Below are positions 7,297-18,264 of a DNA stretch of 64,000 nucleotides, in pieces. Source of the DNA: Candidatus Nanopelagicales bacterium. GTDB lineage: Bacteria > Actinomycetota > Actinomycetes > S36-B12 > CAIYMF01. The notes below the pieces were generated by a model. The model worked only from the letters and a program-made list of their open reading frames with translations. It was not told where the DNA came from and did no database searches. The position numbers were made by a program, and so were the translations under genes. The stretch lies in contig JBDHZV010000002.1 in NCBI GenBank assembly GCA_039812125.1, positions 1,877 through 65,876 on the forward strand, written 5' to 3'. How positions within the stretch are numbered: the first letter of the stretch is position 1; each line of letters opens with the position of its first letter.

Positions 7297-9264
7297 ATGC
7301 GCTCGGGGATCGACCTACAGCACATCGACCCGGCGGTTCGTCCCCAGGACGACCTGTTCGGCCACGTGAACGGCCGGTGGATGGCCGAGACCCCCATCCC
7401 CGACGACCGTCCCGCCGACGGCGCCTTCTACGAGCTTCGCGACGCCGCCGAGGTGCACGTGCGCGCCCTCATCGAGGCTGCTGCCGCACGTGCCGAGCCG
7501 GGCAGTGTCGCGGCCAAGGTCGGCGCGCTGTTCGCGTCGTTCATGGACGAGGAGGGCATCGAGGCGCGCGGGCGTGCCCCGCTGGCAGGGGACCTGGCCG
7601 CGGTTGCGGCGATCCGGTCCACCGACCAGCTGGTGGCCGAGATGGCGCGACTGCAGCTCGACGGGGCCGTGGGTGGGCTGGTGGTTCCCTACGTGAACAC
7701 CGACGCGCGCGACTCCACGCACTACATCGTCTACCTGGAGCAGCACGGGCTGGGCCTGCCGGATGAGTCGTACTACCACCAGGAGTCGTTCGCACCCATC
7801 CGCGATGCCTACCGCAGTCACGTGGCGCGGATGCTGGTCCTCGGCGGCTGGTCACCGGACGAGGGCACCGCGCTGGCGGCGGCCCACCGGGTGATGGCCC
7901 TGGAGACCGCGGTGGCCGGGCACCACTGGAGCGCGGTCGAGACCCGGGACGCCGTGAAGTCCTACAACCGCAGGGCCGTGTCGGAGCTGGCGAGCCTGGC
8001 GCCGACCACGTCCGTGCTGGACTGGCTGCAGGCGACCGGCGCGCCGGCCGAGCACGTGCAGGAGGTCGTGGTCCGGCAACCGAGCTTCCTCGCGGCGGTG
8101 CCCGGGCTGCTGGCCGAGCAGCCGATCGAGGCCTGGCGCGACTGGCTGGCGTGGGGGGTGATCCGGTCCGCGGCGGCGCTGCTCGACCGCGAGATCGTCC
8201 AGGCCAACTTCTCCTTCTACGGCACGACGCTGAGCGGCATCCCGATGCTCAGGGAGCGCTGGAAGCGGGGGGTCTCGCTGGTCGAGGGCTCGCTGGGGGA
8301 GGCCGTCGGCGAGCTCTACGTCGCCGCGCACTTCCCGCCCGAGGCGAAGGGGCGGATGCTCTCACTCGTGGCCAACCTGGTGTCGGCCTACCGCGAGCGC
8401 CTGGAGGCCCTGCCGTGGATGGGCCCGGAGACTCGCCAGCGTGCGGTCGCCAAGCTCGACGCCTTCACGCCCAAGATCGGGTACCCGGACCGGTGGCGCA
8501 GCTACGACGGCCTGGAGATCGACGCCGCCGATCTCGTCGGCAACGTCCGTCGGGCAGCGCACCACGAGGCTGCGCGCGAATGGGGCAAGCTGGGCCAGCC
8601 GGTGGACCGCCTCGAGTGGTTCATGACGCCGCAGACGGTCAACGCCTACTACAACCCGGGGATGAACGAGATCGTGTTCCCCGCAGCCATCCTGCAGCCC
8701 CCGTTCTTCGACATGGAGGCCGACGACGCCGCCAACTACGGGGCCATCGGCGCGGTGATCGGCCACGAGATCGGGCACGGGTTCGACGACCAGGGGTCGA
8801 GGTTCGACGGGCAGGGCAACCTGGTCGACTGGTGGACCGAGGAGGACCGGGCCCGCTTCGACGAGCTCGCCGCCCGGCTGATCGCGCAGTACAACGGGTT
8901 CCAGCCAAGGGATCTCCCGGAGGGCAACACCGTCAACGGTGCCCTCACCGTGGGGGAGAACATCGGCGACCTCGGCGGGGTGGCCGTGGCGTACGAGGCC
9001 TACCGGCTCAGCCTGGCTGGGGCTGGTGCCCCCGTGCTGGACGGCCTGACCGGTGACCAGCGGTTCTTCCTCGGGTGGGCGCAGGCCTGGCGGGCGAACG
9101 TGCGCGAGGCTGAGGCGATCCGCCGGCTGACCGTCGACCCGCACTCCCCACCGGAGTTCCGGTGCAACGCGGTGTCGAACCTGGACGCCTTCCACGAGGC
9201 GTTCGGGGTTGGGCCCGGCGACGGCATGTGGCGGGACCCGGAGGACCGCATCGTCATCTGGTAG
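7297..9264 (+). CDS. M13 family zinc metalloendopeptidase (neprilysin/PepO-like)
   Basis: ORF 7126..9264 trimmed to the ATG at 7297 behind AGGAGGAG. It has the HEIGHGFD zinc motif, GENIGDLGG (ENxADxGG-type) and NAYYNP. Confidence 0.9.
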   Translation: MRSGIDLQHIDPAVRPQDDLFGHVNGRWMAETPIPDDRPADGAFYELRDAAEVHVRALIEAAAARAEPGSVAAKVGALFASFMDEEGIEARGRAPLAGDLAAVAAIRSTDQLVAEMARLQLDGAVGGLVVPYVNTDARDSTHYIVYLEQHGLGLPDESYYHQESFAPIRDAYRSHVARMLVLGGWSPDEGTALAAAHRVMALETAVAGHHWSAVETRDAVKSYNRRAVSELASLAPTTSVLDWLQATGAPAEHVQEVVVRQPSFLAAVPGLLAEQPIEAWRDWLAWGVIRSAAALLDREIVQANFSFYGTTLSGIPMLRERWKRGVSLVEGSLGEAVGELYVAAHFPPEAKGRMLSLVANLVSAYRERLEALPWMGPETRQRAVAKLDAFTPKIGYPDRWRSYDGLEIDAADLVGNVRRAAHHEAAREWGKLGQPVDRLEWFMTPQTVNAYYNPGMNEIVFPAAILQPPFFDMEADDAANYGAIGAVIGHEIGHGFDDQGSRFDGQGNLVDWWTEEDRARFDELAARLIAQYNGFQPRDLPEGNTVNGALTVGENIGDLGGVAVAYEAYRLSLAGAGAPVLDGLTGDQRFFLGWAQAWRANVREAEAIRRLTVDPHSPPEFRCNAVSNLDAFHEAFGVGPGDGMWRDPEDRIVIW

Positions 9265-9328
9265 GCGAGCCTGCACTGGCTGCGTGTCGCTGCCCGCCCC
9301 GTGCTGGTCGCGTGGCCACACTGGGGCA

Positions 9329-10234
9329 ATGGCCGAGCGACTTGCGCCCGAGCGCGCCCCCGAGCAGTCGCTGTCGCGACCGGAGCCGCAGCGGGGCGGG
9401 CGCCGTCGGTGGCCCGCCTGGCTGGCCCTGGGGACAGCCGGAGTGCTGGTTCTGGGTGCGATCACCGTGTTGGTCGGTCACCTCCTGCTGGTCGACCGGT
9501 CCGCGCGCGGGGTGCGAGCCAGTGCCCTGGTCCCGGACGGCCAGCCGGCCCGGGTGCTCGTCGTGCTGGCCAGGCCCGGTCAGGAGGTCGGGCTGGCGGG
9601 CACCCTGGAGGCCCTGGATCGCGCGGGGGCGACCGTGAGCGTGCTGTCGCTGACACGCGGCGAGGCCCAGGCCCCCCTCGTGGGGCAGTCCCCCGGCGCC
9701 CGCGGCGACCTGCGCGCCGAGGAGCTCGCCGACGCGGCGACGCAGGTCGGCGTCGACTCGGTCGCGACCGGGTCGCTGCCTGACGGTGGGCTGCTGGAGG
9801 CGGACGAGGCCGCCGTCACTGCGGTCATCTCCGGTGCGATCGCGGCATTCCGGCCGGCGATCCTGATCGCCGTCGACGACCTGACCGGCACGGACACGGA
9901 CTCCCAGGTCGTGGCCCGGTACGCCGTCGGTGCGGCGCAGGGCCCCGACGCCGGCGTCACCCGGGTGTGGTCGCTGACCCGGGCCCCCCGGGAGGCAGAC
10001 CTGGCCGCGGCGCTGGGCGCCCCGCGGGCCGCGAGCCTGCCCCGCGCCGACGTCGCCATCGACGTGGGCGACTCCGCGGTGCTCAAGGGCAGCGTGCTGG
10101 CCGCGCACGGGACCCAGAGCCCCGACCTCGCCGCGCGCACCTACCCGTACGCCGACCGGCTTCCGGCCTGGGCCTACTTCCGGTTCCTCGACCGGGAGGA
10201 GTTCGCCCTCGCCTGGGGTGAGCCGCTGCCCTGA
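9329..10234 (+). CDS. Membrane-anchored PIG-L/LmbE-like protein with degenerate catalytic motifs
   Basis: ORF 9209..10234 trimmed to the ATG at 9329. One TM helix ([25 protein letters not shown]) is followed by an LmbE-like fold whose zinc motifs are replaced (see findings). Confidence 0.55.
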   Translation: MAERLAPERAPEQSLSRPEPQRGGRRRWPAWLALGTAGVLVLGAITVLVGHLLLVDRSARGVRASALVPDGQPARVLVVLARPGQEVGLAGTLEALDRAGATVSVLSLTRGEAQAPLVGQSPGARGDLRAEELADAATQVGVDSVATGSLPDGGLLEADEAAVTAVISGAIAAFRPAILIAVDDLTGTDTDSQVVARYAVGAAQGPDAGVTRVWSLTRAPREADLAAALGAPRAASLPRADVAIDVGDSAVLKGSVLAAHGTQSPDLAARTYPYADRLPAWAYFRFLDREEFALAWGEPLP

Positions 10235-10347
10235 CCCGATCCCCGGAGGGGCCGACCGGTCGGCGCGGGCTGCGTCGCTGCGCGGCATGGGACAATTCGA
10301 ATCCCGGGGTGCGCACTGGCGTGGCCTCTGCGACGAATCGAGGGACC

Positions 10348-12222
<1,875 letters not shown>

Positions 12223-12480
12223 CAGCGGCAGCCGCGGCCGTCACCCGGTGAAGGCTTTTCGTCGGATTTCGTGGGTCACCGGTGATTCGCCGGCCGATTC
12301 GCCCGTCTTCGGGACCTTTGGCGGGGACACCCCGTGTCGGTGATGGACGTGCGTACCTCTCACGCAGGGTAGTGTGTGCGCGTCTGAGGGGTCCCGTTAC
12401 CGATCCCCTGCGCGGAGCCTCCGCGTCCCGGGCCCGCAAGGACCGCGACCTGGGCGGCGTGTGACATCGAGAGGAGAACG

Positions 12481-14130
12481 ATGAGATTCCGTCACCGCGG
12501 AATGATGATCGGGGCTGTGGCCGTTGCGGGCGCACTGACCCTGTCTGCGTGTGGGTCCGACACCACCGATGACACCAGCAGCGCTGGTGGCGCCTCGGGC
12601 GGGACGTACTCCGTCGGCCTCGAGGTCCCGCAGGACCTGACGCCGAGCAACTGCTACGACCTCTACTGCGCGAACATCCTCCAGGGTGTGTTCACCGGCC
12701 TCTTCACGTTCGAGACCGACGGCGCCTCCATGAAGACGGTGGCCACGCCGCTGCTCAAGTCGGTCACCACCTCCGACAACGGCAAGACCTATGTCATCGA
12801 GATCAACCCGGGCAGCCGCTTCACCAACGGCGAGGAGGTCCAGGCCTCGACCTTCGTCGACACCTGGAACTTCACCGCCAACGGTGGCAACGGCCAGCAG
12901 CTCGGGTTCGTGTTCGGCCCCTCGCAGCTCAACGTCGAGGGCTATGCCGATGTGGCCGGCGAGAAGAGCACCGATGGCACCATGTCCGGCCTGAAGGCGA
13001 CCAGCGCCACGACCATCGAGGTCACGCTGGCCCAGCCGATCGGCCAGACGCTGTTCGAGAACTACGTTGCCGGCCCGCAGGTCCTGCCGATGCCCAGCGT
13101 GGCGTTCGCGGACATCAAGGCCTACAACAAGCAGCCGATCGGCAACGGTCCGTACATGCTCAAGGACGCGTGGGGCAACACCGGGGCGACGCTGGTGCGC
13201 AACCCGGACTACCCCTACACGCCGGGCAAGGCCGACCAGATCGACTTCAAGTTCTACGCCGACACGAACGCCGAGTGGGCGGACCTGCAGGCCAACACCC
13301 TCGACGTGATCTCGAACCTGCCGCAGCAGGCGCTGGGCCAGGCGTCGGCCGTGCTGGGTGACCGGTACATCAACCAGGCCGCGATGTCCTTCTCCTACGA
13401 GGCGTACCCCACGCAGGTGAAGGCGTTCCAGAACCGCGACGTGCGCGTCGCGCTGGCCAAGGCCGTCGACTGGGCCGAGATCAACAAGAAGCTGTACTAC
13501 GACACCCGCACCGTCGCGACGTCGTTCGGCCCGCCGAGCGTCCCGGGCGGCGGTACGGACATCTGCGGTGCTGACTGCACCTACGACGCGGCGGCAGCGA
13601 AGTCCATGCTCGAGGCGGCCGGCGGCCTCCCGGGCAACAAGGTGCAGGTCGCGGGCCTGGCCAACAGCCCGAACGAGGCGCCCAAGGCCGAGTGCAACAT
13701 GATCCAGAAGAACCTGGGCGTGGAGTGCACGGTCCGCGTGTTCGAGTCGTTCGGCGACATGCTCGACGCGTTCAACGCGCTGGGCGCCGATGACGAGGGC
13801 TTCATCCTCGGCCTGGGCTGGGGAGCGGACAACCCGACGCTGGCCAACATGATCGCCCCGATCTTCGGCACTGGGTCGGGCTCGAACTACACCGGGTACT
13901 CCAACCCCCAGTTCGACAAGCTGATCGCCGAGGGCAACCAGGCCCCCGACGAGCAGGCGGCCATCTCGAAGTGGCAGGAGGCCGAGAAGGTCCTGTACCA
14001 GGACTTCGCCGGTCATGCCACGCAGTGGCGCAACAACGTCGGCGGCTACTCGACCAACGTCTCCAACGTGAAGATCAACCCGGGTGGGTTCGTCAACATC
14101 ATGGAGATCACCGTCAACTCGGCCGGGTGA
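12481..14130 (+). CDS. ABC transporter substrate-binding lipoprotein, peptide/nickel family 5
   Basis: The ATG follows GAGAGGAGAA. It has a lipobox LTLSACGSD, family-5 SBP length and composition, and is followed by two permeases and ATPases. Confidence 0.9.
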   Translation: MRFRHRGMMIGAVAVAGALTLSACGSDTTDDTSSAGGASGGTYSVGLEVPQDLTPSNCYDLYCANILQGVFTGLFTFETDGASMKTVATPLLKSVTTSDNGKTYVIEINPGSRFTNGEEVQASTFVDTWNFTANGGNGQQLGFVFGPSQLNVEGYADVAGEKSTDGTMSGLKATSATTIEVTLAQPIGQTLFENYVAGPQVLPMPSVAFADIKAYNKQPIGNGPYMLKDAWGNTGATLVRNPDYPYTPGKADQIDFKFYADTNAEWADLQANTLDVISNLPQQALGQASAVLGDRYINQAAMSFSYEAYPTQVKAFQNRDVRVALAKAVDWAEINKKLYYDTRTVATSFGPPSVPGGGTDICGADCTYDAAAAKSMLEAAGGLPGNKVQVAGLANSPNEAPKAECNMIQKNLGVECTVRVFESFGDMLDAFNALGADDEGFILGLGWGADNPTLANMIAPIFGTGSGSNYTGYSNPQFDKLIAEGNQAPDEQAAISKWQEAEKVLYQDFAGHATQWRNNVGGYSTNVSNVKINPGGFVNIMEITVNSAG

Positions 14131-14177
14131 CGTCGATCCTCGCGATCGGGTCTCGCCCTATGCTGTGACCCACCATC

Positions 14178-14207
14178 GGGGGGACGTCCCTTCTGGGGCG
14201 TCCCCCC
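14178..14207 (+). terminator. Intercistronic stem-loop between the SBP gene and the first permease gene
   Basis: GGGGGGACGTCCC-TTCT-GGGGCGTCCCCCC forms about 13 pairs (one G-U) with a tetraloop. No U-tract follows. This is typical of partial terminators or mRNA stabilisers placed after SBP genes. Confidence 0.45.
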
Positions 14208-14250
14208 GTCGCCGTCCTGAGCCGCGACACGAGCAAGAGATGGGGTGCAC

Positions 14251-15174
14251 ATGGGTCGCTACGTGATCCGGCGCCTGCTCCAGATGATCCCGGTGTTCTT
14301 CGGGGTGACGTTCATCATGTACTTCCTGATGTTCGCCCTGGGGGACCCGATCAAGAACCTGGGCGCCGGCAAGCAGAAGAACCCGGCCTATGAGGCGTTC
14401 CTGCGCGATCAGTTCAACCTGGACGATCCCTTCGTCATCCAGTACCTGAAGTACATCAAGGGGATCTTCACCGGTGACTTCGGCTCGACGTTCGCGGGCA
14501 AGGCGGTGTCCGAGATCTTCCTGGAGCGGTGGCCGGTGACCCTGAAGCTGGGCCTCACGGCGTTCGTCATCGAGGTCGTGCTCGGCATCGGGATCGGCAT
14601 CATCGCCGCCCAGCGCAAGGAGGGCATCGTCGACAGGCTCTCGCTCGCGGGCACCCTGGTGGTCCTGTCGATCCCGGTCTTCGTGCTGGGGTTCACGGCC
14701 CAGTACATCTTCGGCGTGAAGCTCGGCTGGTTCCCGCCGTCGGGGATCTCGGACGGGTGGCCGATGAGCTACATCATGCCGGCCACCGTGCTGGCGGCAA
14801 TATCCCTGGCATACGTGCTGCGGCTGACCCGCTACAAGCTCCTGGAGACCTTCGGCGCGGACTTCATGCGCACCGCCCGGGCCAAGGGCCTGCCGTCGCG
14901 CACCATCCTGCGCAAGTACGGCCTGCGCAACTCGCTGATCCCCGTGGTCACCTTCCTCGGGGCCGACCTCGGAGCCCTGATCGCCGGTGCGGTCATCACG
15001 GAGGGCATCTTCAACCTGCCCGGCATCGGCAACCAGCTCTACGTGTCCATCCGCCTGCAGGAGGCGGCTGTCGTGGTCGGCATCGTGACGATCATCGTGA
15101 TCATCTTCCTGCTGATGAGCCTGCTCGTGGACATCCTGTACGCCTTCCTCGACCCGAGGATCCGCTATGAGTGA
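14251..15174 (+). CDS. ABC transporter permease (DppB/OppB-like)
   Basis: It opens with MGRYVIRRLLQMIPVFFGVTFIMYFL and has the EAA-like region FMRTARAKGL. The ATG is at 14251; the ORF track starts at the GTG at 14245. Confidence 0.9.
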   Translation: MGRYVIRRLLQMIPVFFGVTFIMYFLMFALGDPIKNLGAGKQKNPAYEAFLRDQFNLDDPFVIQYLKYIKGIFTGDFGSTFAGKAVSEIFLERWPVTLKLGLTAFVIEVVLGIGIGIIAAQRKEGIVDRLSLAGTLVVLSIPVFVLGFTAQYIFGVKLGWFPPSGISDGWPMSYIMPATVLAAISLAYVLRLTRYKLLETFGADFMRTARAKGLPSRTILRKYGLRNSLIPVVTFLGADLGALIAGAVITEGIFNLPGIGNQLYVSIRLQEAAVVVGIVTIIVIIFLLMSLLVDILYAFLDPRIRYE

Positions 15175-16111
15175 CAACACCCCCCAGGCTGAGCTGCTGC
15201 TCAGCACCGACCACGACGAGGCACGCCTGGCCCCGGACAGCCCCGGGCGGACCCGCACGCTGGCCGGAGACGCCTGGTACGACCTGCGCCACAACGGGGT
15301 GTTCTGGCTGGCCGCCGTGCTCCTGGTCTTCATCACCGGCATGGTGCTGTTCCCGGGGGTGTTCGCCGACGCGGAGAAGACCTCCTCGCTGTCCGGTGGC
15401 TGCGACCTGTCCGACTCGCTGCTGCCACCGAGCTCGCAGCACTGGTTCGGCACGGACCAGCAGGGCTGCGACGTCTACGCGCTCAGCGTGTTCGGGGCTC
15501 GCCCCAGCGTCATGGTGGGTGTGATCGCAGCCGTCGCGACCACCCTGATCGGCGCGCTGACCGGCCTGGTCTCCGGGTTCTTCGGCGGCAAGGTCGACTC
15601 GGTCATCTCCCGCATCGTCGACGTGTTCTACGGCCTGCCCCTGATCGTCGTGGGCATCGCGGTGCTGTCCGCGATCAGCCTGCCCGGGATCTGGGGGGTC
15701 GTGTTCGTGCTGTCCCTGCTGGGCTGGGTCGCCGCTGCCCGCATGGTCCGGGCGCAGACGATCGAGGCCAAGGGGCAGGACTACACCCTGGCGGCCCGGG
15801 CCCTGGGGGCCAGCAACACCCGGATCATGGGCCGGCACATCCTGCCCAACGCCATCGGGCCGAGCATCGTGCTCGCCGTGATCTCGCTCGGCGGATTCAT
15901 CGCCGCCGAGGCCACGTTCTCCTTCCTGGGCCTGGGCATCCGGCCCCCCCAGTTCTCGTGGGGGACGATCATCGCCTCATCCCAGGCCGTGTTCTTCCAG
16001 GCGCCCTGGACGCTGCTGTTCCCGTCGGTGTTCCTGAGCATGACCGTCCTGGCATTCATCCTCCTCGGCGACGCCGTCAGCGAGGCCCTCGACCCGAAGC
16101 TGCGGAGGTGA
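15167..16111 (+). CDS. ABC transporter permease (DppC/OppC-like)
   Basis: ATGAGTGA overlap with the upstream permease gene. WFGTDQQGCDVY and YTLAARALGASNTRIMGRHILPN are typical of the OppC family. Confidence 0.9.
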   Translation: MSDNTPQAELLLSTDHDEARLAPDSPGRTRTLAGDAWYDLRHNGVFWLAAVLLVFITGMVLFPGVFADAEKTSSLSGGCDLSDSLLPPSSQHWFGTDQQGCDVYALSVFGARPSVMVGVIAAVATTLIGALTGLVSGFFGGKVDSVISRIVDVFYGLPLIVVGIAVLSAISLPGIWGVVFVLSLLGWVAAARMVRAQTIEAKGQDYTLAARALGASNTRIMGRHILPNAIGPSIVLAVISLGGFIAAEATFSFLGLGIRPPQFSWGTIIASSQAVFFQAPWTLLFPSVFLSMTVLAFILLGDAVSEALDPKLRR

Positions 16112-17109
16112 TGATGGGCGAGGTTCTCCTCGAGGTCGAGGACCTGTTCGTGGAGTTCAGCACCCGGGACGGGGTGGCACGCGCCGTCAACGGCGTGTCC
16201 TTCACCGTCGAGCGGGGCCAGACGATCGCCATCCTCGGCGAGTCCGGCTCCGGCAAGTCGGTCACCGCCCAGGCCGTCATGGGCATCCTCGACACGCCAC
16301 CGGCCCGCATCGCGGGCGGTTCGATCCGGCTGCAGGGCCTGGAGCTCGTCGGGCTGCCCGAGGCCCAGTACCGCGAGATCCGCGGGCGCCAGATCGCGAT
16401 GATCTTCCAGGACGCGCTGTCGGCGCTCAACCCGGTCATCAGCGTGGGCGAGCAGATCGCCGAGATGTTCCGCATCCACCAGGGCCTGGATCGGCGCTCC
16501 GCCCGGGACCATGCGATCCAGGTGATGAAGCGCGTGCGGATCCCGGCCGCTGAGGAGCGGTTCTCCAACTACCCGCACGAGTTCTCCGGCGGCATGCGCC
16601 AGCGCATCATGATCGCGATGATGATCGCGCTCAAGCCCCTCGTGCTGATCGCGGACGAGCCGACGACGGCCCTCGACGTCACGGTCCAGGCCCAGATCAT
16701 GGACCTGCTGGCCGAGCTCAAGGAGGAGACCAACATGGGTCTCATCCTGATCACCCACGACCTGGGCGTCGTGGCCGACGTCTCGGAGCGGATCCTGGTG
16801 ATGTACGCCGGGCGGACCATGGAGCGCGGGTCGGTCGACGAGATCTACACCAACACCGCCAACCCGTACACGTACGGCCTGCTGCAGTCCATCCCCAAGA
16901 TCGACCAGAAGCTGTCCCGGCTGCCCGCGATCCCCGGCCTGCCCCCCAGCCTGTACCGCGTCCCCCCGGGGTGCGCGTTCAACCCGCGGTGCCCGAGGGC
17001 GACCGACCAGTGCCGCCAGGGCGACCCGCCCCCGCTCGAGATGGTCTCGCCCGACCACGCCAGCCGCTGCTGGTACGCGACGGAGGTGCTCGCCCATGGC
17101 ATCCAGTAG
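16111..17109 (+). CDS. ABC transporter ATP-binding protein (DppD/OppD-like)
   Basis: GTGATGATG overlap with the permease stop. Walker A GESGSGKS, signature FSGGMRQR, Walker B LIADEPTTALD, and an oligopeptide C-terminal Cys motif (CAFNPRCP...C). Confidence 0.9.
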   Translation: MMGEVLLEVEDLFVEFSTRDGVARAVNGVSFTVERGQTIAILGESGSGKSVTAQAVMGILDTPPARIAGGSIRLQGLELVGLPEAQYREIRGRQIAMIFQDALSALNPVISVGEQIAEMFRIHQGLDRRSARDHAIQVMKRVRIPAAEERFSNYPHEFSGGMRQRIMIAMMIALKPLVLIADEPTTALDVTVQAQIMDLLAELKEETNMGLILITHDLGVVADVSERILVMYAGRTMERGSVDEIYTNTANPYTYGLLQSIPKIDQKLSRLPAIPGLPPSLYRVPPGCAFNPRCPRATDQCRQGDPPPLEMVSPDHASRCWYATEVLAHGIQ

Positions 17110-18169
17110 CCCGACCCGGGTGATCGAGGCCACGGACCTCGTGCGGCACTACCCCATCACCCGGGGCATCGTGTTCAAGAAGCAGATCGGCACGGTGCGG
17201 GCCGTGGACGGGGTCAGCCTGCACCTCGACGCGGGGGAGACCCTGGCGATCGTGGGCGAGAGCGGGTGCGGGAAGTCCACCACCGGGCGGCTGCTGATGG
17301 GGCTGGAGCCACCGACGTCGGGGTCCATCCGCATCAACGGCGACGAGATCACCACGCTCAACGCGCGGGAGATGCGCGCCAAGCGACGCGACATCCAGAT
17401 CATCCTGCAGGACCCGTACACGTCGCTGAACCCCCGGATGACGGTCGGGTCGATCATCGGTGAGCCGTTCGACATCCATCCGGACGCGCTGCCGGCCGGG
17501 ACGACCAGGAAGGCGGCCGTGGCCGCCCTGATGGACCAGGTCGGGCTCAACCCCGAGTTCGTCAACCGCTACCCCCACCAGTTCTCCGGTGGGCAGCGCC
17601 AGCGGATCGGCGTCGCCCGCGCCCTGGCCCTCAAGCCGCGCATCATCGTCGCCGACGAGCCGGTCTCCGCCCTGGACGTCTCGGTGCAGGCCCAGGTCAT
17701 CAACCTGCTGTTCGACCTGCGCGACCAGCTCCAGCTGTCCTACGTCTTCATCAGCCACGACCTCGCGGTCGTGCGCCAGATCGCTGACCGCATCGCCGTC
17801 ATGTACCTGGGCAAGATCGTGGAGTCCGGGCCACAGGACCGGATGTACGGCGCCCCCGCGCACCCGTACACGCGTGCCCTGCTGTCGGCGGTCCCGCTGC
17901 CCGACCCTGAGGCCCAGCGAGCCCGCACCCGCATCGAGCTCGTCGGTGACGTGCCCAGCCCGGCCAACCCCCCGTCCGGCTGCCGGTTCCGCACCCGCTG
18001 CTGGAAGGCGCAGGACATCTGCGCCGCGCAGGAGCCGCTGCTGCGCGAGATCGCACCCGGCCAGCAGGTCGCCTGCCACTTCCCGGAGGAGGCGCAGGCG
18101 GGCTGGGAGGACAGCCGGGCCGTCGGCGGCGAGGTGCTGCCGGAGACGCAGGTGACCGGCTCGGACTGA
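17096..18169 (+). CDS. ABC transporter ATP-binding protein (DppF/OppF-like)
   Basis: Overlaps the upstream stop. Walker A GESGCGKST, signature FSGGQRQR, Walker B IVADEPVSALD, and the C-terminal motif GCRFRTRCWKAQDIC. Confidence 0.9.
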   Translation: MASSSPTRVIEATDLVRHYPITRGIVFKKQIGTVRAVDGVSLHLDAGETLAIVGESGCGKSTTGRLLMGLEPPTSGSIRINGDEITTLNAREMRAKRRDIQIILQDPYTSLNPRMTVGSIIGEPFDIHPDALPAGTTRKAAVAALMDQVGLNPEFVNRYPHQFSGGQRQRIGVARALALKPRIIVADEPVSALDVSVQAQVINLLFDLRDQLQLSYVFISHDLAVVRQIADRIAVMYLGKIVESGPQDRMYGAPAHPYTRALLSAVPLPDPEAQRARTRIELVGDVPSPANPPSGCRFRTRCWKAQDICAAQEPLLREIAPGQQVACHFPEEAQAGWEDSRAVGGEVLPETQVTGSD

Positions 18170-18264
18170 TCGCTCCCCGGCGGCGCTGCCCCGCGAGTCT
18201 CCCCACGATCGGGCGGGGCGGGGGGCAGGATGGAGCGCGTCGTCGTCGGCCCCGGGAGGTGCCC

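Noticed and set aside
10281-10305. tRNA-like TTCGAATCC string (gggacaattcgaatcccgggg) upstream of typA
   Set aside because: The bases flanking the putative T-loop do not form a 5-bp T-stem, and no acceptor or anticodon arms can be drawn. It is more likely a chance palindrome (ATTCGAAT) in the typA promoter region.
12223-12480. Known riboswitch (ZTP, SAM-IV, glycine, cobalamin, c-di-AMP ydaO) in the typA / ABC operon spacer
   Set aside because: I could not find the conserved core sequences of any class I know. It is kept only as an unclassified structured leader in the findings.
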